Assembly: GCA_040954595.2 (NCBI GenBank)
Contig: CM082581.2
Location: forward strand, 7,462,059-7,526,058
DNA length: 64,000 nt
DNA from: Balanoglossus misakiensis
Taxonomy: Eukaryota; Animalia; Hemichordata
Direction: 5' to 3'
The notes beneath the pieces are model-generated. The model saw nothing but the letters and a program-made list of their open reading frames with translations, was not told the origin of the DNA and made no database searches. This document shows positions 42,535-58,043 of this stretch, one piece after another. Every line of letters begins with the position of its first letter. Positions within the stretch are counted from its first letter, which is position 1. The position numbers and the translations under genes are program-made.

Positions 42535-45294
42535 ATGGGATCTCCAGATATAGCACAGTTGTTTGACAGTTCAAGGTATCTATTGAAAAGATTGAATTTT
42601 ACTTTTCTTTCAGATTTTTTGTTCAGAAAATCAGTTTCAAGCCAAGTCTCAGTATTTGCAAAATATGGTTCATTTATTTAAATGATAAAATTTTATGTCT
42701 CTTGCAGGTTCCAGGGTGGTGGAAGTCTGGTGGTGATATTTTTCTACTTTCCCCTCGGCTTGATTCTTGCCCTGCTTCGTATTTTTATCGGTTTACAGGT
42801 GTTCCTTATATCATGCATATTGCCCAAATTCTTCATGATAAGAAGGTGAGTAATAATCAACCTCATTTATTGATATGCCAGATGTTTGCTTCTTGAATTA
42901 TTCATGTATGCCAAATCATTCCTAACATCTCAAATTCATTTCCCCTTCAGTGTGGTCTTACGGGTGATGTGTGGAGTGCTTGGTCTGGTGGTGACAACAG
43001 AAGGCTTCGAAAACCGACACAAAGATGCTCCAGTTTTAGTCACAAATCACATCTCCCCACTGGATCACTTGGCTGTTGATCTGGTCTTGCCGTCAGTTAT
43101 GGTAAGTACTTGTGTAGATTTCAATGTAGTTAAGAGCCCTTTCTGTCAGATACTATAGACAGGGGTCTAAACTACTAATACATTGAAATCTACAGACATG
43201 CATAGAAATTCCATAAACATTCATGAAGAATTATGTACGCTATAGAATCAAATAGTGGATGTCTATAGAATTTTTTTTAAGGGATAGACTTGCACAAGTG
43301 ACCCTAAAAATTGGAAGGTAACATTGCTCTCTTGTTTCTGATTAGCCAAGTGTTTGGGATCTGCCGTGGGCGTTGATGTGGGCCCTTGGATACAGAGACA
43401 TGGGAGCCAAACGCGGCAGAGAGGTCCTCATAACAAAAGCCAAGGAACACTGCGAAGAATCGTCAACCCCCTTACTTACCCATCCTGAAGGTGCTACTAC
43501 CAATGGAAAGAAAGCTTTGTTGAAATTTAGGTGAGTGGCCAAGGCAACTGTAGTCAGCAAGATGTTCAAATAATCAGATAATTCTGACTCGCCTGTCCAT
43601 TTTATGTTAGATCTGCCTCATTTCTTACAAGTCTTGCTTTTTATCTTGACAGCACATGGCCATTTTCATTGGATCAACCCGTTCAGCCCATACTAGTGAC
43701 AGTGAAGAGACCTCTGATTGGGATCAATACATCAACGCTTGGCAGTCGATGGTGGCAAGACGTCTTCTGGTTCTTTTTCTCCCCAATTTCCATCTTTCAT
43801 CTCAGGTATGTACACACAGTGCACCTGCAAACAGCGCCCTCATGGGGCATTGTTGTAGTTTGATCATCCATAATAGGCAAAGAAAGCTTTACCAGTACAT
43901 TGTATACAAATCATCATAATTGCATATGGTTTCTAATATTAAATTTGATTCGAACATACCAAAGTCACCTTTCTATTATTGTACTCAGGTTTTTACCAGT
44001 CATGGCTGTTGCAGAGCCGGAATCTGTGGAAGAATTTACCAAGAAAGTCCAAGGGGTTATGGCCAGGGAACTCAACGTCATCTCGACAAGCTTTACATCT
44101 GCCGACAAAGTTGAATATGCAAAGAGAGTGTTATTCAAACCACGAACAACTCCAGGTAAATATGCACAGGATATGCGTATTCCAGAATGGATAGTCTTGG
44201 CCATTGGGCATTATGCTGTTATCAAATTATAGCCAGTTTATAAGTACATGTACACTTATTCTGAGATATCTCAGAATGGCCCAGATACTTGTTGGGAGAG
44301 ACTAACCCAGTAAATCTATTGTCCATGTTCTACAGGCGCTGTGAGAAGAACGCAGCCTCCATTACAGTCGCAACAGCAAAGAAGTGCACCTTCCTCAAGA
44401 TTTACATCGTCATTACCAAGTACAAGCACTGGTGGTTCCACTGACAGACTTGGTGTCATGGTCAAACAAGTACAAGAAGTCCTTCCACACGTCCCGGCAG
44501 ATGTCATCAGAAAAGACCTTAGTAAGTTGTCCCGGCGTGCAGCAAGCATGTTGTAGTTTCAGATGTAAAACAGAAAATCATTTGAAAACTTGTCTACGGG
44601 AGAAAGTGGTGGGGCTGGTTTGGAGACGTGAAACTTTCTCTGAAAAGTTAAAACAAAGCTGCGGTTCTCGTATAACATGTTGTACTGTCATTGAATTGCA
44701 GATTCCACACAGTGTGTCGACACCACAATTACAAACATACTGGAAGAAAAAGTGAAGTTCACTCCTGTGGCTACAGCGGCACCAGAAAAGAAAACCCCCT
44801 CAGCAAGGTCACCTAGCGAAGAGTTAGAAGGAGCCACAGCCTTGCCTTGTGCAGTCGAACAATCAGCAGGGTCACCCAGTGTAAGTAGAGGGTGACTTCT
44901 ATATGCTGGTTACAGCCCCTATTAATATTAAGATGGGTTACAACCGTAATTAGGAAACTTAGGGTAATTGTCCATGATAACACGAGAATGTCTTCTTTCT
45001 CTTCTTTTCTCAGTCAACCAAATTTTCAGCGGATTCTTTCTCCAGACTTGCTGCTGAGAGGCAGATGTCTTTCAAAGAGAGAAAACAAGCGCTATACGAG
45101 ATTGCCAGGCGGTAAGACTCTTCGATTTAGGCCTTGCACATTATGACCACCAGTATTCTACACTTTGGGCATTTACTGTTGCTTCTATTGCTGGTCGATC
45201 AGTCTGGCTTGGTACACATGTACTGCATCAAAAATGACAACTGCAATTTTCACTACCTTGCAGGAGGTACAGAGAAAGACATGGTTTGCTGTGA
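42535..45294 (+). CDS. AUP1: Lipid droplet-regulating VLDL assembly factor AUP1 (ancient ubiquitous protein 1), 10 coding exons, about 442 aa
   Basis: Exons: 42535-42575, 42708-42845, 42951-43101, 43346-43530, 43653-43805, 43989-44155, 44336-44521, 44702-44880, 45014-45111, 45264-45294 (TGA). N-terminal hydrophobic hairpin (FFYFPLGLILALLRIFIGLQVFLISCILP), acyltransferase-like NHISPLDH and HPEGATTNGK, CUE domain QVQEVLPHVPADVIRKDL..TQCVDTTITNILE, and G2BR-like RQMSFKERKQALYEIARRRY. Confidence 0.93.
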
Positions 45295-45867
45295 AGATGG
45301 CCGCTTGCAGTGAGCTTGGTCACAACCCAGTGGCAGTATGATGGATCTGTCTGGAAGAATCTTGTAAAACTGACAAGGAAACACCTGACATCTATGAAAG
45401 GAGTGACTAGATTTTAACCGTGATAATAAATTGCGACAAACAATTTACTGTCTTGCATCAGGTGCGGCAATCAAGAGTTTTGATAGTGCCACTTTTTCAA
45501 ACAGATTATAATTCCTTTAACATAAACGTTGTTTATAAAAGCCACAAAATGTATAGATTTATGTGGAACTTCTGACCCGTCTTAATTATCGTGCAGGACA
45601 AAAAAAAATATTTTATATAATAAAGAAGATTACCTTCCATTTAAAGACATCGGACTGTAATTAAGATTTATTTTCAATAACATGCAGATAGTCACCTTGC
45701 TAGAAACTAGAGAGACCATGGACAGTGTTTGAAGGTTGAGATCAAGATGGTCAAGTGATGCGTACGAGCCAGTGTATGTTGCCATAAACCAGAAATAAAC
45801 ATATGTATATCATAATAAATCATTGGTGTCAGAAATTTTCTTTAAAAGATACTAAAGTACACATATG

Positions 45868-48191
45868 TCAATGTAAACCTTCACATAAATGCTTGTATCT
45901 CTCTTGAAAAAGGCAAGTAACCTGTAGAGTCAGATCCGACAGCCAATCACCACTGTCGCCTGCAGCACTGACATTCAGTTGCTCCTGGCAGAGGCCTTCC
46001 CTGAAATCTAGTTGTACTTTGTGATTCCTGATGTCCTCCAGAATTTGATTCTTAAGCATTGATACTTTGCCACCAAGCTCTTTTAAAGTCTTCTTGGGAA
46101 GTCCTGGTGCAGCTGTGAAAGAATGAATTTGTTTCTGGGTCAGTTAACCCTTGCACATTCTATCCACTGGACACAAACCCCATTGACATCCCACACCAAA
46201 GCCTAACTAATAATTGGTGGATAAATGTCCAGGGGGGTAACCATCCTGATAATGGACTTTGAAGTTGCAGCTCTGAAACAACATCATAAATCACCTTTTG
46301 CCTGTTTCATAGACTCTGCTACACATTTCCTCAATATTTGATCGGCTTGATAGATAACACTGGCTGCAATGGCTTTCATAGATGCCTCCTGAAAAAAGAG
46401 ACCAAAATGCACTTAGTACAACAACTTACCTTTGATGAAGTATAATTGTTTCTCCATACACTCTACTAAAAATCTCAACAACTTTTGTTCATTCTGTCGA
46501 GTTTTCTGGTTTTCTTACGCTTTGGTATTTTTATAACCATAGTGGACAATTTTCAATATCTTGGGATGACCTTTGGTTTAATACCTTTTCAGCAGTATTT
46601 TCTTCCTCCAGAGGTGGTACAGGATCACTAACAGCCATCCTGATAAGATTCCATACACCCTCCATGGTATCTTGGTCTGCCTCTTCAACTGTACTAATTG
46701 TTATGTTTTTCGTCTCCCATGGATATTTGGCCGCATCTGGTACTTCCAGTTTTGTGTCCATGGCAACTAGCGTGTCATCAGAAATGGGTTCCTGCCTGTG
46801 CTGATTTCTCTCCTTGGCAACATTAAAGGGACAATGTACATGTATCTCGCAAAATCCAAGATTGTCTGAAAAAAGTGCAACATGGCATTGGTTGCTAACT
46901 TCATTGCTCAAGTATCAGGAATACACACATGGGCATTCATAAGAGTTTTCTAATCCATACCACAGTTTCAAAGTCTATTGGGGAATCTTGCATAGCTTTA
47001 CTATGCATGTGGTTATTGTCCTTTACATTCATATGCGCCGGTCCTCGGATAAACACATCTTGGGTAGGTGACTGTTATATACCTTTTTTTCAGATTGTAT
47101 TGGGTCAGGTGGTACAACTACAAATACCAAATGTCCACTGCACAACTACTATTTACAGTATTGCAGTGAGAAAAATCGCATACTCACATTTCCTGGCCAT
47201 CTGATAATATTCGTATCTCATACTTCTATAAAACATATTGTCATCAATGACATAAAATGTGAATCCTTCAAGCTCCGCATCACAAGGGCCAACTTGATCA
47301 GGGTGACCTTTCCTCTTGACTCTCTCACCAAGCCGTTGATCGAAGTCCCTGGCTATCGTACTTTTGGAGTCAGTTGCCTGAACATCAGAGGTGCACAGGT
47401 TGGACGCCAGACAATTTTTGGCCACAAGCTTCTCAACACACTGCAGTAAATTACCCCGGAGCTGTTTCCATGTCAGACCATTCACCTTAAATCCAAACGC
47501 ATACCATTATATCAGGATATGCACACACACACCTGGTTTTGATGGCAAAATGCATATAATTTGTAACTTTCCTTCTTTCACCTGAACAGTCATTCACTAT
47601 TCAACAGGGGCTTTTTTTACAGGGCAGAGTAAAATTCTGTTCATAGCTCATTGCTTTTTGTCAGGCGTGGCTAATATGGAAAATACTTTATGTAAAATTT
47701 GAAGGCAGGTCAACCATGGAAATTACTTTTATTGTTTGTTGGAATGTATGTATAAGATTTGATTATTATGCAAGTGTCTGTATACGTGTCTAGCTGTGGA
47801 ATCACAGTTGTTTGGGGGAGGGGGTCGTCTGCTGGTTGGGAAACCAGCAGAGACTTCCCCCCCCCCCCCCCAGCTTTCCATTCCACCTGACCGTGTTCAT
47901 GAGAAACAAAGCATCATAATGGAAAACTCTGGTCTCGTGTTGCATTTAAATACGACATAAAATTCAAGTAATGTTTCTCACTTGAAGTGCACCCACGGTC
48001 CCACTTGCACTACCATGCGTTTCATCAAAACTCAGATTGTTAGGGATGAAGTCATCATAACAAATGTGGTATATTGTCGCTGGATGCAAATCCTGAGGAC
48101 AGTCAAGTTTTTCAACAAACTGTGTTTTCCCGACTCCCGGTAAGCCACACAAAACAACTAATGATTCGTGACATTGTCTGTTATCAGTCAT
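45868..48191 (-). CDS. PSTK: L-seryl-tRNA(Sec) kinase, 5 coding exons, about 375 aa from the conventional ATG
   Basis: Exons: 48191-47982, 47485-47188, 46865-46585, 46388-46295, 46112-45868 (TGA). P-loop VLCGLPGVGKT, ICYDDFIP, Walker-B region VIDDNMFYRSMRYEYYQMARK, lid ERNQHR, KLEVPD..KYPWE and QADQILRK are typical of eukaryotic PSTK. The exon 1/2 junction is the least certain. Confidence 0.92.
46144..46240. mobile_element. Small TIR element with TTAACCC terminus in the last PSTK intron
   Basis: Left TTAACCCTTGCACATTCTATCCAC versus reverse complement of the right end TTACCCCCCTGGACATTTATCCAC. Confidence 0.55.
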
Positions 48192-48239
48192 TTCCCTTCG
48201 TTCTTCGTCTGTAACGCGTATGATAACGTGATATCAACA

Positions 48240-48278
48240 TCAACATCCAAATTCTTCACCCTCTCTGGGCGCGGCCAT
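48240..48278 (-). promoter_or_regulatory. Upstream ORF / in-frame N-terminal extension of PSTK (MAAPREGEEFGC-UGA)
   Basis: ATG at 48278 in CAACATGGCCGC (TISU/YY1-like, strong Kozak), 87 nt upstream of and in frame with ATG 48191. TGA at 48242-48240 and 48236-48234. Whether the ATG is transcribed is unknown. Confidence 0.5.
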
Positions 48279-49068
48279 GTTGTTTCCTAAAGCATTCTGG
48301 GTAGGTCGTGTTTCTGACCTGAGCTGATAACGAAAATGTGTGAAATTAATGTCACGAGGTTATACCTATCGTTCCAAACGAAATAAAGCTTCTCTTTTTG
48401 GACAGAGTCATTTTTTTAAAAAGTTCGATGCTTCATTTGGCTGTATTTCAATTAACACGTCATAATTATTGACCTTGCTTGGACCAATCAAGGATTACCT
48501 TGCTACGCCGAGGACTAGGTTCGACCATTATATTGTTGGTGGAAACACGCCACGTTTTATTACAATATCCATGGTCGTTTTCTTATATTGAAATATGCAA
48601 CAGATAAAAAAATATGTAAAATTAAAAAGCAGGGAATTATACCAAACGAAGAAATGCGAGGGGCTTCGTAAGCGCAAAAGATACCAATCATGTCATTCGT
48701 CGAAATTCTGCACTTCCTCGTACAAAAATTCACTGGTCCTATTCCATGACGAACTTCCGGTTTCATCACATGTCCGGATAAGGTGCAATCTTTTGCGCAT
48801 CGTGTTGCTGAAAACTTGAGTCTGGATCCTTTGTTTTACCTATTATCAACTACGATTCTGGACATTCGTTGTATATTTCAGGTTTTCTGATCGCCATACG
48901 CCGAATTTCGTGATTTCTTAGGAATATTACGACACAGGCTGCTGGTTTCGCGCCAAGGTTACGCATCGAATTTTTTGTCATTGTGACGAAGCTTCAACAC
49001 GTTTTGATCTGCCTCGTGTTTGATACGATCACATCTCAACTTCTTAACTTGACCAAGTGGTTACGGAA
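48279..49068. promoter_or_regulatory. Bidirectional promoter and 5' leaders shared by PSTK and ETF1
   Basis: Divergent start codons 878 nt apart (48191 minus, 49069 plus), CpG-rich. Staf/ZNF143-like CTACCCAGAATGC (minus, 48304-48292), CCAAT boxes 48484-48488 and 48684-48688, ETS-like ACTTCCGG 48753-48760. Confidence 0.7.
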
Positions 49069-53637
<4,569 letters not shown>

Positions 53638-56600
53638 ATGTTATAGCTGCATCAACAGGTTACAACACACCTGGCTAATCTTATATTTGATGCCTTCGTG
53701 TTTAAAAAAAAATTATCGGAAAGAGGACTAAAACCCGCTCCCCCTGCCTGAGATTTGAAAACACCACATTTTTTTGTTGAAAAGTAAACCAAATTATGCA
53801 AATGTCATAATTAATGTTTTCGCTAATGATACCATGATGTCAAAGATTTGTGTAGTTGACTGAAATTGAAGCAAAATCACACCATGTTTTTTCTGATAGG
53901 CTCAATTGTTTGCTTTACTACAAAACTGAAATTTGATGAGAAGTAAGAGAACAGAGACGGCTGTTCATATATTACTACGAATATTTTCTTCAATTGTTTG
54001 AGAAAGTGCAAAAAAACCTGATTGTTGTGAGTGGCAGGGGAGTTGATGAAAATTTCTTTATTTTGTGGTGTTTGTTATAACAAAATAGTAGTCATTGCAT
54101 CTAGATAATCCCATGTTTGTTCGAATTCGAATCCGATTTTGTTCTAGCCCCCATCAAAAACCAATGCCATGTGGTGCATGAGTAATTTCTTTTCCCATAT
54201 TATTCCAACCCTTGTTTAATTGCTGAAGTATCAATACTGGACAGTGAACTCTCAGTCCCTGCAAATTGTCAACAAGCCCCATCTCCCAATCCCCCCCCCC
54301 CCCTCTCAATAAAATGGACTTGTCATTTACTGCCATCGCAAGGACCCTCACAGATAGTTTGTAGTTGCCCTCGGAAATTTCAAGTGTCAATAACAGCGTG
54401 CTGCCAAGTCAGCAGTGAAACAGGTCAATGATACAAAAGGCAAAGAGAGGGTGACTACAATAATGCCTGTGTAGCGGCTCCCTTGTGAAATGTTTGGAAA
54501 AGTCAGAGATTGGCACAATCCGGCCAGGTGTGTTGTAACTTGTTGGTGCAGCGTGTGTAAATAGTATTAAACATGGTGCTCCATGAGCAGTGGACTTTTT
54601 CAAATATTTATATCATGTTTATTGCCATATTGACCAGCAAAAGACATTCACTTTTTCCCATTGTAGAAATAATGTGAATTTCCTAGGGCATTCTCTGAAA
54701 TGTTTATTTTTGTAAGAAAAAAAACTTTTTAAAAACATACAGAAGTGACGACAATTTTTTGTATTTGGGAAAATGTGTGTTTTTGGGGGGTTGGTAGTGA
54801 TCGGAAGCTAGTTCCATGGACTTTGTTTTTTATCAGATATGCTAATATGGTAGCATACCCCCTAAGCTGCTGGTAATATGGCAGTAAACATGAACACTGT
54901 GCAAGATACGATCGCAGAAAAATCTGCTTTTGACATGAGTTTCCTCAGAGGTTGAATCATGATACAATTAACCCGTAGTAGTCTGTGGATGTGTGCCACA
55001 GTTGATCAAGAAAAATGACATAAATTACACTTGTTCGATTCTGTAAACTGTATTCTAGTACACGGTGCACTGCCTGGTATGCAAGGTTTCTATGTTGAGA
55101 TCACTTCAGTCGCTCAACAAGGATATCTTCTCGTTGAGTTTCTGAAACTCTGTAGAGGGTGATGTATCTGCGTCGACTTCTGACATGCTGACTGCACAAC
55201 CGAACAGCATAAATGTATAATGGATTTACATTGCTTTTAATGGTGGCACCCATCTTGAATGCTTCCCATAATTCAGCTTGCTTGTGACGCCATCTTGTTC
55301 CAAGTGCGGACAAGATGGCCGCCACATACTGAGCTCTAAGCACAGTGCAGTCAACCATAGAACGTCTCTTATTCTATTCGAAATGATTTTTCTGGATCAT
55401 GTCTTGCACAATGGCTTTTGTAACAAGTACAAAGACAATGTATATGGACTATGGAACTATTTTGTTTTATGTCTTGGACAAAGATTTTTAAAGGAAACAT
55501 TTATTACTGTAAAACTTGTAAAGTATCTTTTCAGTACAAAGGAAGAAAGAAAGAAAAAATCCAGTAATTAAAAAAAATTGCAATTTTTTCCTAAACATGC
55601 AATATTCAGCAGTTTTCCCCTATAGAAGTTACTTTCCATATTGTGCTGAACTGCAGTGACTAATAATAATGTTGGTAGTTTTCCTGTGTAGAGAAGTTGA
55701 ATTCCACATTTAGCTAAACTGCAATGTTTGGTAATGATATCCATCATGTACAGTATGTTTTCAGTTTGAGTGGGTAAAAATCTGACCAGTGAAGACCAGT
55801 TAGACTCGGAAGCAGATCGCAAAAGCATGCTTTAAAATCCTGACATGAAAATACAAGTGTTTGTTACTTGATAGCGAACAAAAGATTGGTCGATCGTGCA
55901 TGCAGAAAATGTGTTTTCACAAAAAACTCTCTCCGTTTGGGATTGTACAAGTATCGATTCATTCACAGACAGTACACTTTTATTTTCTTTCTCAGGAAAT
56001 GCATGAGCCAATATTTGGCCGACCAGAGATTTCTTCTTGAATTTCATTGCGTCCCACGGTAACTCTCACAATGCGTATTCAGAAAATTTGGAGCAACATG
56101 TAACTTTCCGAGACTTGTTGCAAACAGGTTCAAAGAGCAAATCAACATTGCGATGGGGGAGGGAGGGGAACTGTAAGGGACAGTAGGCATTCTCTCCAGT
56201 CAATTGGGCAACTGAGCTGTATTCTGTGATCTTTATGAGATTATAATAAACTTCACATCCGTTTAAAGCCCAAGGAAGATGCTTTTTATGCATTTTGCTT
56301 TTCATTTCAATTTTACTCACTGCCTTGTAAACTTCTCCTTTTAGCAATTTATTCAGTGTTGGTGATGACATTACCACTATGTACCAAATTCAAAATCGAT
56401 TTCCATCATTACACCGAGATATTATTTCTGCCCAGGAATGAATCCATGCCTTTGTTGTACAGCTGTATACCAAGCAGGCATGGATCTCCATGGGTACAAT
56501 AACATGACATAGCTTATGTTTGAAACTAAGAGAGACTATTATTTGGGTATACATGTACCAGGGGGAGAAGGGGCAAAGCATATATGAGCAGCATTTAATA

Positions 56601-57150
56601 CATTCCTGTTACCATTAAAGTGCCGTTGAGTAAATTTGAACTCTTATGTAAGCTAAACCTGGTCTCTATGGGAGATTACCAGCAAATGGTATAGTACAGT
56701 GTAATTCCTAGTACTTTTATTTTTATTTTTGGTGCACTACAATAGATCAAGTTTCTCGCGATCTTTCTCGCTTTCTTTTTCTTACAGTGGGGTTAGTATA
56801 CACCTTTCTGGCATTGAGTTATGTAACTAGACAGTAACTCGCTAATACCAGCAGTTTTGTTTGTAAATGATGCTGAACTGATCATGACTTGTATGAAAGC
56901 AACCTGTAATTTCTGACCTTTTACCGTTAGATTTAAGCTTTGTATTCCTATCGAAGCGCAAACCACTGTTCTCCTGTTCAGAGATTTGACATGTGCTTTG
57001 CTGCATACACTTTTGGAAGTTCATGGGTGGATGGATATTTTTTTGGTTTTTGTCAATTTTAATGTGCTGAGCCCCATGTATCATTGTTTATCTCTGTAAA
57101 TAAGTTACCCTTTGGCATTGTCAAATAAAAAGATCTGAATGCAATGAACA
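53638..57150 (+). other. Probable long 3' UTR of ETF1 with alternative polyadenylation signals
   Basis: AATAAA at 54308-54313 and at 57124-57129, the latter followed by a GT-rich tract (about 57161-57190). The region is T-rich with no credible ORF. Extent is inferred. Confidence 0.45.
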
Positions 57151-57751
57151 ACTATTAAATCTTGCTGTTCCGTGTCGTTGTGTTCTGATGGTGCGATGAC
57201 ACCAGGTGGGTATTCAGACCGCACACAATATAACATTCAGGATACATGGCTGTATTGTTTGATCAACCTGACCGCATTCATTGAAACGTTCATGGAACAA
57301 TAGCTACAACTTGCTGTTTTATTCCATAACGCGCACAATTTTACAGTACTGAGCATCACAGGAAAACTTGGAATAAGCTGGCAGTATGATGGGACAGCAA
57401 TGAACATGTCAGAGACCACCTGATGTTATCAAGACAGTCGTACCTCAGACACCCCCCTCCCCAAATGGTGCATAAAGGATGGTATACTATATTATGGGTA
57501 TGATCTCTTCAGAATTCCATGCCGCAATTAAGCATAAATACAATGCAACTATAATATTTTTCTCACTTGAAAACTACCTGCATGGGCTGTTTCTACATTT
57601 GTACCAATGGGTATTCACATATTAGAGTCTATCTATTAAAGTGATTGATTATTGCCAGTTTCTGAAATGCTAAGGGTCCTATTATTGCTCGTAAAGTACG
57701 CTACCAAAAGCGACACGCATGGCTGATCAAGGTGACAGTGTCCTAAAAGTA

Positions 57752-57843
57752 CAACCCTACCACCCCCAGTTTCCTCTGTAGAGGTCCAACTTTACCACAG
57801 AAAACAATGGGTCTGGACTCAACCATGGTGGTGAAAGGGTTAA
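57752..57843. mobile_element. About 90-bp MITE with (TT)AACCCT...AGGGTTAA termini (piggyBac-like ends), family A
   Basis: Terminal inverted repeats. Its reverse complement aligns by eye with 50794-50878; diverged copies lie at 26859-26947 and 61398-61433. Confidence 0.75.
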
Positions 57844-57889
57844 GCTAAGTTTCTATATAGTGGTTTGCTATGTAAGAGTTTTCAACCCG

Positions 57890-58043
57890 TCAGTGATTCA
57901 AGCAGATGGGCATCTGGGTGTCGCGACCAGCGTCCGCGCCATCAGCGTCGGCTTTGTCAAAAACGGACGGCAGGGTCTCTATGTAAGCGGTGAAGGAGTC
58001 CCAGTAGTCGGACACGGCGTCCAGGATCGGGGTGGTCTCCTCT
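57890..58043 (-). CDS. Candidate alternative terminal exon of ZFYVE27 (EETTPILDAVSDYWDSFTAYIETLPSVFDKADADGADAGRDTQMPICLNH*)
   Basis: GC-rich island with coding-like third positions in AT-rich surroundings, preceded by a long pyrimidine tract and TGTCCAG acceptor. Its phase is compatible with upstream ZFYVE27 donors. Confidence 0.62.

Noticed and set aside
45338-45398. SECIS-like AUGA...AA...UGAA hairpin in the AUP1 3' UTR, after a UGA stop with a 40-codon open extension
   Set aside because: Helix II is out of register with the GA quartet and needs bulges, it starts only 44 nt after the UGA, AUP1 ends at its normal position, and it is on the wrong strand to serve PSTK. A SECISearch3 run would settle it.
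45650-45867. Search for a canonical SECIS in the PSTK 3' UTR
   Set aside because: The AUGA/GUGA occurrences are not followed by an 11-12 bp stem, apical AA and opposing GA by manual inspection.
47533-47581. Possible 49-nt frameshifting (poison) exon in PSTK intron 1
   Set aside because: Only AG/GT dinucleotide support and a weak donor; cannot be supported without junction reads.
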